Shown: positions 1 to 12,744 of the stretch, piece by piece
Position numbering within the stretch: the first letter of the stretch is position 1
How the letters are laid out: each line of letters begins with the position of its first letter
Assembly: GCF_001194135.2 (NCBI RefSeq)
Contig: NC_068989.1
Coordinates: 37,940,954-38,004,953, forward strand
Origin: Octopus bimaculoides
Lineage: Eukaryota
Direction of reading: 5' to 3'
DNA length: 64,000 nucleotides
The notes under the pieces: model-generated
What the model saw: the letters and a program-made list of their open reading frames with translations, nothing else
The model's database searches: none
What the model was told of the DNA's origin: nothing
Program-made: the position numbers and the translations under genes

Positions 1-2245
1 CTAGAGTGAGTATCCCCCATAACTAGTGAGTGAAATATCAGTTATTATAATTGAGCTCTCTAAAATTTGCAAACATGGTATGCTACTAAGATCTATAGTC
101 AGTTGTCAGGGCATGGCATGACATCTATAGAACACAGTTGATCAACCCACTAATTGGTTTAAAAAGTTCTTACTTCATGAATACAATACATACATGCAAA
201 TATATACATACACACACATACACATACATGTACATGTGTGCGTGTGTGTGTAAGAAAATTGTGTGTAAGAACATAGGATTTCTAACACCAAACATTCTCA
301 TCTGTAGGATGTTCAAAAGAATGACACTTGAAGTAATGGAATATTTGTTGTAAGGTAGAACCATGATTCAACATAAATGTTTGCTGCATCCCAATATAGA
401 GATCTTATTCTTTGTTTGTAGCTTCTCAATACATTTGATCTCTCAATTACAGACAACACATTTCTAGTAATACTCTACTCCTGGGTTGAATACTCCCAAC
501 AAATGAAGATTGTTTGAATATATAACCACATACTTTCCCACACACCTACTTAAAAGTTCTCAAGTTATCTAATCTGTGTTGTGCAGTTCTGGTTTTTATT
601 TCAAATATGATATATTGCATAGTGGGGGTAATATGATTAGTCATTCAAAAATGTACTTGCCATTGAATTCCTTTGATGATATCTTCCATTTTCCTGTTTT
701 ATATACATCTTGTTCAGTTGAATAGGCTCATATGTCAGTTAAAATATAATATTATTAATAATTTTATATCACTGTCTACACCAAACTTCAGTAAAAGGTA
801 CACCTTCTGATCAAATTTCTGCGGCAGCTGAAAACGATGAAAATTCTTTATCCTCACCAAATCAACTAGTTCCTTAAATACAAGATCAGAGTTAATTTCT
901 AAATGGTACCATGAAATATAATCATTCACTTAAAGCTCAACAGAACCGCTTAGCCATTCTGAACTAATGCAAGTACCTAACATATTAAACCCCAGAGAAT
1001 CCTATCAAGTACACTAGGTTAATCAGTGATATTCAAACAGTATATTTAGATATATTATATTACTATGTATATATTTGTGTGTGCATATGTTAGTACATGT
1101 GTATTAGTATGTGCAAATATACATATACATATATGGGTGACTTAGTATATGTACAAAAATATGCATGTATATATGCAATCTGTGAGTTTATATATTAGTG
1201 CATCCACATACTTGTATTATCATCAGTCCATTATAAATCTAATTTTCATGTGGGCATGGATTGAATGAGATTTTTGATACTGTGCTTCATGGCGGTATGT
1301 ACTTCCTGATGTAAACTTAGCAACTTCTCTTACAATATGCAGAGAATCTAAAATTCTAAAAACCAGGATGTACATGATATATCTACATATACATACGTAC
1401 ATATGTACGTATGTATTTATGTATGTATGTATGTATGTATGTATGGTCCAGCTTTTATCTGTCATCTATGCTTCAAACCATGCAGATCTACAGCAGGACT
1501 GAATAGTCATAAGAGGGCATGAATGAAAGGTCAGAAATGCCATTGACAGTGACAAAAAGACTGCAATCATCTGTGAAGAAGGAGCAATCAGTACTTGTAT
1601 ATTACAGAATTAGACAAATGGCAGATGCTAATCAATTTCTTAGCGTTTAAAATCCAAATGTTGCTGCTGTCAGCTGGTTGACTGGTGGAATTGTTTGATC
1701 ATCAGACAAGATACCCAGTGTCATTTGTTCTGGGTATTTAAGTTTTGAATTCAAGTACCACCACAATCTACTTCAGTGGTAGGCTTAATCTGTTTCACAG
1801 CTTAACATTATTGACTGGTTTTTGGGTACCCTTAATGAAATCTAGTCTACAACCATTCAGACCAGGTCTCCAGTAATGAGGATATCTACCTGCCTCCCCT
1901 CGTCTTGGTGACCCTAAAAAGTATCATATGTACTGCCCTCTGACAAGGCTTTAAAATATATACACATGCACACATGCATGCATGCACATGCACATACATA
2001 CACACACACATGCACAGGTATTCTCTGCATCATGTAAACTCTTGTTATGGAGATCCAAACTTATGGAAATCTTAAAGTCTCTGCATTAATTTCAAGATAC
2101 AGCCTCTAATTCTGTTCTTAATAACGTTCAGATATATCTATCTGCCTCTTCGTCTGTCTGTGCCTTTCTGTTTGCTCTCACTGTCCATCTGACTGTCTGT
2201 CTGCCTATCTATTTATCTGTCTGTCTTTCTATGCATATAAACATA

Positions 2246-3434
2246 TATCAGGTCATTAAGAATGAAATGTCCGATTTTCTTATGCACCAAGTTTGACACT
2301 CATTAACTCTAATGTTTTATCCTGACAATTATTTGTTTTACAACATTGAAGAGTTACATCATCACTTTCCAAAATGCAATTCATGGTGTCTGATTATATT
2401 GTGAGTTTTTTCTTGTAAATCAATTTTTGTGAACCCGTGGATAAATCAAAAATTTGTGTTGTTTATGAATATGAATTCTGTTGTGGAACCAATGCATCTC
2501 AGACAGCTCGAAACATCAATGAGGTGTTTGGTGAAGATGTGGTGAATGAGCACACTGTACGTCAATGGTTTGAGAAATTCTGGTCTGGTGGCTCTACTCT
2601 TGATAATCAGCCCCATAGTAGACCTGAAACCAAGGTGGGTAAAGATGAACTGGAAACTAATGGAAGCAGATATATCTCAAACTGCACATGAGTTAGCAGC
2701 AAGGTTTGATGTTTCGATTCCAATTGCAGTGGACCTTCTGAAACAAATTGGCAAGGTAAAGAAGCTGGACAAGTAGGTACCACACGAACTGAACAAGCAT
2801 CAAATGACATGTCACCTTGAAACTTGCTGTTCTTTGCTGTCACAGCATAAAAGCAACCCGTTTTTGCATCATATTGTTACATGGGATGAGAAATGGAATC
2901 TTTTCAATAATAACAAGCATTCTACATGGTGGTTGGAAAGACAAAGAGCCAACACACAATCCAAAGAAAAATATCCACCAAAAAAATCTAATGGTGTCTG
3001 TTTCATGGTCCAGCGCTTGTGTCATTCACTACAATTTCATGAGACCTGGTAAGTCAATTACAGTAGATGTATACATCAACCAATTGGATGAAATGATAAG
3101 TGAACTTGCAATTAAACAACCAAGATTGGTCAACAGAGACAGGCCAATTCTCTTGTAAGACAATGCTTGACCGCATGTTGCATAAAGAATGCTACTCAAG
3201 TTACAGGAGCTGAACCTGGAAGTACTCTGTCATCCACTTTATTCATCAGACCTTGCATCAACTGACTATCATGTTTTTCTTGCATTAGACAACTTCAAGT
3301 CTGAAGAAGATGCAAAAATAACCTTTTGTGATTTCATCACCTCTTGCTCTCCAAAATTCTTTGCTGCTGGCGTAAGTAAGCTACTGATAAAATGGCAAAA
3401 TTGTATTCGTAATTTAGGTGCATACTTCGATTAA
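2246..3434 (+). mobile_element. Mariner (DD34D, Hsmar1/cecropia-like) transposon, decayed; left TIR present, right TIR not seen
   Basis: TA then tatcaggtcattaagaatgaaatgtccgatttt at 2244-2278. Frameshifted transposase 2437-3434: HTH (EYEFCCGTNASQTARNINEVFGED), KQIGKVKKLDK*VPHEL, IVTWDEKW, LL*DNA*PHV, HPLYSSDLASTDYH. I count 34 residues between the 2nd and 3rd D. Confidence 0.93.
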
Positions 3435-3924
3435 CTGCCTTGCTATGTGTTTGAGTATGTGTTTGTGTGTTTGAGTATGTGTTGTGTGTTTGAACATAAT
3501 CATATATCTGATCTGCTTGTCTGTGTCTGTCTATGCATATATACATATATATGCTTATATCCAAACATTTGTTCTGTTTGTCTGTCTGATGTTTTAGTGT
3601 ATTTCATTACTATATCAAATTCCATGAAAAAATATACAATGGAATAAGGTAAAAATAGCAGAACCTCAGTTAACACCGAGTAGAGGTTGACCTAATCCTT
3701 TTCTCTACACTACCACTCAATCAAATAATCAATAACCAAACAGGCAAACACATTCCTCTAAACTTTTCTAGTTCTTTTTGCTTTTTTACATATTTGTTTT
3801 TGTTGAGAAATTCCATCCAATCAAGTTAGCAAATTCATATAACATATTTTCTTTGTCTTCTTTTTTTCCATTTAGATACTCATAAACACACACAAGCACA
3901 TAACATACACATATAAACATATAT

Positions 3925-4006
3925 TTGTGTGTGTGTGTGTGTGTGTGCATGAGTATAGACAACCACACATGTGTGCATATGAGTGTGCATGTGTGTGTAT
4001 ATATGT

Positions 4007-4049
<43 letters not shown>

Positions 4050-4159
4050 GTAACATATATATATATATGTATGTATGTATGTAACATATATATATATATA
4101 TATGTATGTATGTATGTAACATATATGTATATATATATATATGTATGTATGTATGTAAC

Positions 4160-4195
<36 letters not shown>

Positions 4196-4221
4196 GTAAC
4201 ATATATATATGTATATATATA

Positions 4222-4262
<41 letters not shown>

Positions 4263-4325
4263 GAATATGTGTATTTATATATCTGTGTCTATAATGCACA
4301 CCCACATGTATGAGAGAGAGAGAGA
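3925..4325. repeat. Compound (GT)n/(TA)n/(TATG)n microsatellite with a recurring gtatgtatgtatgtaacatatata unit
   Basis: Directly visible; it is the source of several spurious YI/HT-rich ORFs. Confidence 0.95.
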
Positions 4326-4582
4326 CAAAGAGGGAGGGAAAGAAAGGTTGTTGCAAAGATTTTTTTTATTTGCCAAACCTGCATAATGGTATTAAACAAT
4401 CAATTGATTGTAGAATAGGAATCCTTTGTAAAGTATTTTGTTTTAGGCTTTGTTTAGACACTTTTTATTTTGATAGTTTTATCATATTGTCTTTTTATCA
4501 TAACGACTTTATTTATGAATGTATGTGGGTACACACACACACGCACACACACGCATATGTATACACACACACACATATGTAT

Positions 4583-4613
<31 letters not shown>

Positions 4614-6647
4614 CATCTACAGCTGTGTGTGTGTGTGTGTGTGTGTGGAAGTATATATGTGTATATAATATTTTATATCGAATTGTTATGTATTCCTTAA
4701 TATAATAAATTGCAATGGTTTGTTTATAATATTATCACAATACAGTTGCTTTTTTGAGAAATATTCCCCCTTTGTTTATTGCTTTAGTATTTCGGATGAA
4801 AAAAAATGATAAGAAAATCCCTAAAATAATAGATATGTTGTATCTTGCTTTTTGTTTTTGTTGTTAATATTCCCTCTTATGTTTTTATTTATTAATTTGG
4901 ATTGTTTCAACAAAAATGATAGAGAAAAGGATAAGCATAAGTGCAGTTTAGATGTATAGTATTTTCTTAGCACCAACCATTAATCTGCAAAGTATAGAGT
5001 TGGGCTGGTATCTATTGCACATTTTTATTGAATGTCTACATATGCAGTACCATACCTTTGTTATTATAACATACTGTTTATTACAGGTATAGCCTAAAGG
5101 ATTAGGAAATTCATTTCTAATGCTTTAACCTCTTGAATAGTGACTGTCTTATTGAATATGCATATATTTGTGCTGTCTGGGTTCTGAAAAGTTCTGACCA
5201 AAACAACAGTCTGTCTTTTTATATATCTAAGATAACATTTTCTTATATTTCTTTTTTATTTTAACAATAAAGTATGATTTTGTAGGATATTTGGCTGCTA
5301 TTTCTAGCAGATCAAAACACTGTATAGAAACTCTCTTGTTAGTTTGAAATGTGAATGTTTCTCATTACTTCAAAATTTTACCTACAATTCAGTTTTCTAA
5401 GAAAATCACTGCCATTGATGTTTGTGTTCTTTGAACTGTTTGCCAGGAGGATAACATAACTCACAATGGCTTAAACCACCCAGCAATCAATAGGGATCAA
5501 TTCACCATTATAAGTAGCAAGACTACTGAATAACTGATGCTTTTGTTTGTATGTAATGCAGAAACTGCTGTAGGTGAGAAGTCAACAGTAAACTAATCCA
5601 GTGTATTTTCCATTGAATAATTATTCAATGGATGGAATCTTCATTATTAGCATTCCAGCGATATTATATTTCTCTTATTTCAAGGAAATTATAACTAGTT
5701 TGATTTGAAGTAAATATTACAAAATATACCTGTTCATTTTTAAAAGGTTTTCATTATAAATGTTTAGTGTGGGACTTCTGAATGAGTGTTATATTGTACA
5801 ATTTATGTTGTGCATTTCAACATTACAAAGGTTTCACTATGAAGTATATATATAAATAATACACATGGCTCAGGCTGTTACATCAGACACACAACTAGGA
5901 TGCTTTCTTTATGATTGATAATTTATTTACTACAAAGAGTCATTGCAGTTCATTATAATACAAAACACGGAAGGAAACCAGTGAGATAAACATTAGTTGA
6001 TAGGAAAACCATCTTAAATAGAATTATATGCATACAAAGGAAAAAAGATGATTAGCTGTGGTATTTTGTTTAGAGTAAAATGTGAACCAAAGATGGACAC
6101 AAAGGTACAGTACCCTTGTAATAAACAAAAATAAGTTACTGATTGCTGAAAGCTAATTGAGGGTAATGGTTAAAATTTAGATTAAAAAAACAAATATTCA
6201 CTTTTCAAGAAACCAAATGTTATTTATAATTCATGAATATAGCCTCAAAATAAATGTATGTTACTATATTATTACACAATTATATAGTATTTCATCCAGT
6301 TATATAGTATTTCTTCCTTCAACAAAATAGCCCTTACTAAAATGAAACATTGCAGTGAAACAGGTTTAAAAAATATATATATATATATATAGATAATAAT
6401 CACAATCATGTAATTTGTTTTAATGCTTCACTCAGCCGTAATTTAAGTATACATATATAGTTAAACATTATTTTGCATACTCAATATATATATATATATA
6501 TATATATAGTTTTAGGGAAAATAACCAATTTTCAAGAACTCATCGATGAAAATCCACTATCACATATAGAAAAATTAATAATTAAAAGCACAATAAATGA
6601 GTATAATATAAAGTAAAGTAAATATCATAAGATAAATATAATAAAAA

Positions 6648-6761
6648 GATTACACGTGTTTCATAACCAATTTTCAAATAGAAAAGAAATTTAAATCGAT
6701 TAAAATCAATTGAAATTATCGAAAATAAATTCTATTCAAAAATATAGCTACTCGTCAGATC
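6648..6761 (-). ncRNA. Type I hammerhead ribozyme fold with greatly extended stem II (PLE-associated type)
   Basis: Minus strand reads gat-CTGACGA-g[~90-nt imperfect hairpin]t-GAAA-cacgtg-t-a-atc. Core CUGACGA at 6758-6752 and GAAA at 6662-6659. Stem III is the palindrome ACACGTGT, the cleavage triplet is GUA (6653-6651), and stem I is gat/atc. Confidence 0.72.
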
Positions 6762-6823
6762 GTAAGTAGAACTATAATTAGATATATATCTCAACCAACA
6801 ATAAGTATATATACACATACACA

Positions 6824-7255
6824 CAAAGTGGTATCAAAAATTTCCTGAACTGGTTACGTTTAATAAGAAATAACTTATTTAGCTAAGTTTTAACATCATC
6901 TCTTTCAAAATAGTTCACCTTGCACAGCACTACACTGGTTCCAGCATTTCTGCCACTTTTGGAATCTGGCCTGGAAGTCGTTTTCAGTGAGTTGAGGATC
7001 TTCAGTGATTTACTCTTGCACTCAATGATGGTGTTAAAACGGCAATCTTTGAGCTGCATTTTCCTCTTGAATAAGGGATGGAAGTCCACAGTTGCTAAAT
7101 CTGGCAAATAGGGCAGGTGCAGAAGCGATACCATGTTGTTTTTGGTGACAAACTCATGAGTGAAGAGAGCTCAGTGACAGGGTGCATTGTTGTCATGAAG
7201 AATCCAGTTCTTCATGCTCCATAGACCTAGTCGCTTTCACCAAATGTCCTCCCTT
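6824..7255 (-). mobile_element. Mariner transposon 3' fragment with terminal repeat
   Basis: Minus-strand translation WILHDNNAPCH...LLHLPYLPDLATVDFHPLF...NYFERD (the HPPYSPDLAPxDF motif). TIR-like caaagtggtatcaaaaatttcctgaactgg at ~6824-6853. Confidence 0.85.
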
Positions 7256-7289
7256 AAATGTTCCAAAACATTATTGATTGTCCTCTGAT

Positions 7290-7918
7290 CATCCTCAGTA
7301 ATATTGTGCTGCACGGTTGAAGCACAAACACCAACCCATCAGGGCAACGCTGCAAACATTGAGATCAGAAAGAAGCAACATGCAGAAGACAGTGAGATGC
7401 TGTGCAAATGACTTACTGGTTACAGCCATGTGAAAACATCCAACTGTCATTTGACATGGGAAACATTTGCAGAAAGTATGACGGTATCAAGAAAGGCATC
7501 AACCCAACCCAGAACAAGATAGCTCCACTCAAATTCAGAAAAGGGTAAGTCATCAAGGGCAAAAGAGAGCAGCAGGAGAGATGGGTGGAACATTATTCCA
7601 AACTCTACACCATGGAAAACAACATCTCAAACTATGTGCTAGACACTGTAGAACATTTACCTGTCATGGAAGAGTTGGACACACTGCCAACTGCTGAAGA
7701 ACTAAGCAGAGCCATTGATAGCTTGCCCACTGGAAAAGCAATGGGTTTGGACTCCATTCCACCAGAGATCATCAGGTGTGCAAGGAGAGTTCTACTTAGC
7801 CAACTTGCTGAAGCTACTGTGTCGGTGCTGGGAGGAAGGAAGAGTCCTGCAAAACATGAGAGACTGCAACATTGTCACCCTATATAAGAACAAAGGGGAC
7901 AAAAGTGGCTGCAATAAT
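7290..7918 (+). mobile_element. RTE-BovB-like LINE internal fragment (EN-RT linker and start of RT)
   Basis: RWVEHYSKLY...EELDTLPTAEELSRAIDSLPTGKAMGLDSIPPEII / LLCRCWEEGRVLQNMRDCNIVTLYKNKGDKSGCNN, with frameshifts; it ends in a (TA)n tract. Confidence 0.92.
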
Positions 7919-7931
7919 ATATATGTATACA

Positions 7932-7984
<53 letters not shown>

Positions 7985-7988
7985 GCAT

Positions 7989-8027
<39 letters not shown>

Positions 8028-8263
8028 CAAGTTTATATATATATGCATGTATATATACATGTGCATGTATATATACAAACACCCACATGTGTGTGTGTGT
8101 GTGTAAATTGATTTCACGGAGTTTATATGTATTATTAATAAGAAAACTTTCTTCAATTTGCTTTTTGTTTAAAGAGTTTATATATTTATGTTATAAAGCA
8201 TACTAAACTGCAGTTAAATAAATATAACTACTAAATATACGTTATGAAAATACATGGAAGTAA

Positions 8264-8737
8264 CATCATCATCATCATCATCATCATCGTTTAACGTCCG
8301 CTTTCCATGCTAGCATGGGTTGGACGATTTGACTGAGGACTGGTGAAACCGGATGGCAACACCAGGCTCCAGTCTGATTTGGCAGAGTTTCTACAGCTGG
8401 ATGCCCTTCCTAACGCCAACCACTCAGAGAGTGTAGTGGGTGCTTTTACGTGTCACCCGCACGAAAACGGCCACGCTCGAAATGGTGTCTTTTATGTGCC
8501 ACCCGCACAAGCCAGTCCAGGGGCACTGGCAACGATCTCGCTCGAAAATCCTACAGGAGCCAGTCAGGCGGTACTGGCAACGGCCACGCTCAAAATGGTG
8601 CATCTCATGTGCCAGCCGCACAAGAACCAGTCCAGGGGCACTGGCAACGATCTTACTTGGCTTGCCGGGTCTTCTCACGCACAGCCCATTTCCAAAGGTC
8701 TCGGTCCGTAGTCATCGCCTCGGTGAGGCCCAATATT
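8264..8737 (-). mobile_element. 5'-truncated RTE LINE: ORF C-terminus, 3' UTR and (ATG)n tail
   Basis: Minus strand encodes ILGLTEAMTTDRDLWKWAVREKTRQAK*, then a GC-richer 3' UTR ending ...catggaaagcggacgttaaac(gat)n. Confidence 0.9.
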
Positions 8738-10000
8738 ACTTTTTCTCTTTCTTTTTTGTTTGTCTTTGCAAATGATTTAGTTCAGAAAGATTTATTTTAA
8801 TATGAAATATAAGAAATCAAAAGCAATTAGTCATTTAAGATGAAATGAAATTTTCTTCCTTTATATGTGAATCTACCGGAGATAAAAATAAGTTTGAAGT
8901 AAGTTTGTTTTTATTATTTTGGTTAAAAATGGTAACAGATTAAGAACAATTACATTATAAATTTTAAAATGAAACTGACTGTGTTACTGAATCAATTAGA
9001 AATTCGTTTTCTGTGAAAATGCTATACATCTCAGAATATTAAAATAGACAGGAAACTACATCATTACAGAAATGTGTATAAGTAACAACTATGTCTACAA
9101 ATATCTGGGGGCAATATAAAGTGTACCCAAATAATGAGTTTGGTTATGTGTGAAAAGAAGTTTAATATAAAAGAATCTCTTAAAACCATGTTACAAGTTT
9201 ATGTCAAATTGATTATGAATATGTGTGTAAACAACCATTTGTTGTTAAGACTATTTACAGAGTATTAGAGAAATAGAATTATTTAATCAAAAATGCACCA
9301 TAGGCAAACCATAAGATATCAGTTAAACCAAAATTGTATGATTATAAGCACTTTGGAATAAAATCTAAATAGTAAAAGATTATGATGTATCAAAAGTGGG
9401 TGTCAATAATGTAGCTTCAGAAAAGAAAATGTACCAAGCAAATGTCTGATGTTGCAGTCCTAATATCATCAGAGTTCCTAGATTTTGGTTATTATTGTCA
9501 AGTTTTTTGAAAAAGATATAAAGTAGGGAAATTATGATGATTAAAAAGTATTATCTATCAGTAATTATACAGAGTTATTTTCTGTCTCCATGAAGTAGAT
9601 GGACTGAAATGAAATACAAAAATGTGAAGGTTATTTAAAATATAAGAAGAATGTTTAGATGCACATTCAGTAAATCATTATCAGTTAGGAAATATAATAG
9701 GTCTAAATTTTTAAGTGTATCTCAACAAATTTTTTATAGAATTTAGAGCCAGTTATGTTATTTCCTATATGAATACATTTATGTAAACAATGCAGTCACA
9801 GAGACAAAAATATGTAATTGCTCCTTCTTCAGCCCATGCCCAACCCAATAAATATCCATGAATCCATTGCTTAAATAGCCACTAAGTTTAGTGGTGTAAC
9901 ACTATTGGATAGACTAATTTACATATTAAACACATTCCTAGCAAGTGGTACATACATATTAACTGCTGGTAGCGACACTGTACTTTATTTTGCACACTTA

Positions 10001-10267
10001 CTATAGAATTTACAGTCAGCACTGAAAGTTATGACAATCCGTATACGAATATGTCTGTCTAACCAATGCAATTGAAGATACAAAAATAAGTAATGGGTTT
10101 GTATTAATGTTTCAGGAGTTATTGTTCGTTCCTTCTTTAGCACCAAATCCAACCCATTAATTGTCTATGAATACATAACTGTTTTCCTATCTTTGATTGC
10201 ATTGTTTACATAGATGTATTCATATATGAAATGTTCTAACTTTCAGTGCTGGCTCTGAATTCTATAG
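10001..10267. mobile_element. Palindromic MITE/foldback element (~270 bp)
   Basis: 10001-10090 (ctatagaatttacagtcagcactgaaagtt...) is the reverse complement of ~10180-10267 at roughly 80% identity by eye. Inner taatgggtt/aacccatta also pair. A deleted related copy lies at ~9736-9870. Confidence 0.8.
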
Positions 10268-11944
10268 AACATCTGTAGAAATAAACTTAAAAAATGAAAA
10301 CAATGCACTGTCAACACAAAGTAGGACACAATATTGACTCATAAACCTTTACTGTACTTGGTAGTATATTATGGTTGCAAAAAAGAAATACAGTGTCCCT
10401 ACCAGCAATTAATAAGTTTAAAGTATTTAAAAGTTCTAAAAATCCAATGTCTGCAAGACAAGACTGATTCTGAGTGTTGTTTATGTCATTAGAGGTCGGA
10501 AAACAGAATTTCTTGTGATTCAGAGATGCAAAGCTGACACTCAGCTGCTTACACATTAATTCTAATGAAAGAATAGTTCATTTACTTGAAAATACTCATC
10601 ATTAAATATCAATGGATCTTCCATCATCAGTTAATGACAGCATTTTTAACAGTAGAATTTATATCACTTTGCATTGATATAATTTAAGATAACATAGTTT
10701 TCTTTTGTAAAGATTAGTTATTGAAGTGGAGAGGATTTTGGTCAATTTGTTTACATCATTTAATATTTGTGCTTTATCAGAGTTAATGAATATATCGATG
10801 TTTTTAACTTTTTAATCTTGTTCTGATTTTTTTTTTTTTTTTTGAAAAAGAGTGATCCCATTTCAGGATTTTATGTTTTTAATTACAAAGAGGATTCTAC
10901 TTTTTATTGGTTCTCATAATTTTTTGGGCTGTATCTTCACCTCTCTTCAAATAAGTTTCACATTGAAGTAAATTTTCTACCTGATCCTTATGATAAAACT
11001 GTTTTCTGTAGTAAGCATTGCATCTAGTGCACAAAGTTTGTTACTAGTGCTTGAGTTATTTTTGTACTTTTTTCTTAAAGTGTGGGAAGTGCTTGTTTAA
11101 TACAATAACACAAAAGAATATTTCGGTTTTGAATTTGGTTTGCAAGATTGTTAATGCAGACTCTTGTGTTGAAACAGATTTTGTTGCATCCTTAGAAGGT
11201 CCTTACACCAATGATAAACACATGCACAGGTTCAATTTCAGTTCTATATTATTATTTGTTAATTAGTTGTTTAACTAACAAAAGAAGTGAAATTGAACCA
11301 GTGTGTGCGTGTTTATTATTAGCATAATGATCCTCTCAAATTACAGCACAAAAGAAATAAAATTAAAAACATATCTTAACGGTAACACTCATAATAATAC
11401 TTAACACACCATCTCTATACCAACTCTTAAGATATTCTATAAAAACCAGAAAACAAATACAAACAAGAGATGAACAAAATAAAATGTTAATGAGAGTAAA
11501 AGATTAATATGAGAAATTGTAAGAACTGTAAAGAAATCAAGACTAGAATTTAATACGAGGCTAACCAGCTTTAAATCAGAAATTACAATAGTGTAATTTT
11601 TCCAAAACATAACTCTACCTTATCTGGAAATTCAATTAAATTTTGATAGTCTCAATATAAATATAAAAAGAAGTGAAAAAATGAGTAATGTCCAAAATCT
11701 ACTCTCTTGGAGGCAAAGATTACTGAGAAAAATTGAAAGAGCTATAGAATGAAGAAGAGAAAATGTTTTATTCTGTATATGTGAAGAAAGCCCCAAATTT
11801 GACAAAAGTCCCCCATCTCCCATCTCACCCACGATATTATAGAGTGACAAGCAAAATAGAAAAAAAATGAAATATCCTTCTGCTGAATACCAGCTGCACA
11901 GAAAAATACCCTGCGAGCAATTATATTCCAAATCAAAGGTTCAA

Positions 11945-12165
11945 AGCACTTAATGAATTGGTTTCAAATTTTGGCAAAAGGCTAGTAATTTCAGGGGAGG
12001 GGTAAGTTGATTTCATTGACCCCAGTGCACAGCTAGTACTTATTGCTCATGAAAAAATAAAAGGCAAAGTTGACATCAGCAAAATTTGAATTCAGAACAT
12101 AAAGACAGACAAAATGCCCCTAAACATTTTTCCTGATGTATCAATGATTCTGCTAGCTCACCACC
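11945..12165 (-). mobile_element. tRNA-derived SINE (ggcgagctggcagaa...gttcaaattcc...gtcgactttgcctttcatcc family)
   Basis: Matches other copies in the window, with a B-box-like gttc(t)gaattc and an internal gtcaactttgcctttt core. Confidence 0.75.
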
Positions 12166-12600
12166 CTAAATTGTTTAAATATATTGCCACAGGAATATAT
12201 TTAACATTCCTTTCAATAATGCATTCTAAGTGAGATTTCACAAATACTACAAAATGATTCTAGATTTACCTCTGTTGATGGTCATGCATAATTCTGACCT
12301 CAGAACTTTAAATCATTCTTAAAGATGATTCCAAAATATAGAAAAGCTAGAGTGAGTCTGAGCCTTTAGAAGATTCTAGGAAAAGTAGAAATTCCAAAGG
12401 GTTTTATTGAGCAATGCAGCACACATATTTGTCTTATTGTTAAATTTGTTGCCATCACGATAACAATCATTGTTGATGTTGTGGCTGCTGGTGTTGTCAA
12501 CTTTTGTGTCGTTTGTGTTGGTGTCACAGTTGGTAGATGAGAATTCAGCAGCAGCAGCACTATGTCTCTTCAATTTATTGCATTTTCTTAGCTACTGAAA

Positions 12601-12701
12601 TCATCATCATCATCATCATCGTTTAACGTCCGCTTTCCATGCTAGCATGGGTTGGACGATTTGACTGAGGACTGGTGAAACCGGATGGCAACACCAGGCT
12701 C
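12601..12701 (-). mobile_element. Very short RTE 3' tail insertion
   Basis: 12621-12701 is 81/81 identical to 8289-8369 and carries the same (CAT)n tail. Confidence 0.9.
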
Positions 12702-12744
12702 GAGAAAAAGATTTATTAACGAGACTAGAGAGCATAATAATGAT

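Noticed and set aside
768-980. Short protein-like frames on both strands
   Set aside because: They are interrupted by stops, with no consistent splice pair and no recognisable family.
5609-5632. Perfect 24-bp palindrome tccattgaataattattcaatgga
   Set aside because: Isolated and AT-rich, with no associated element; it probably arose by local strand-switch repair or chance.
8330-8356. CTGAGGActggtGAAAc in the RTE tail
   Set aside because: There is no room for stem II, no stem I/III pairing, and it is antisense to the element.
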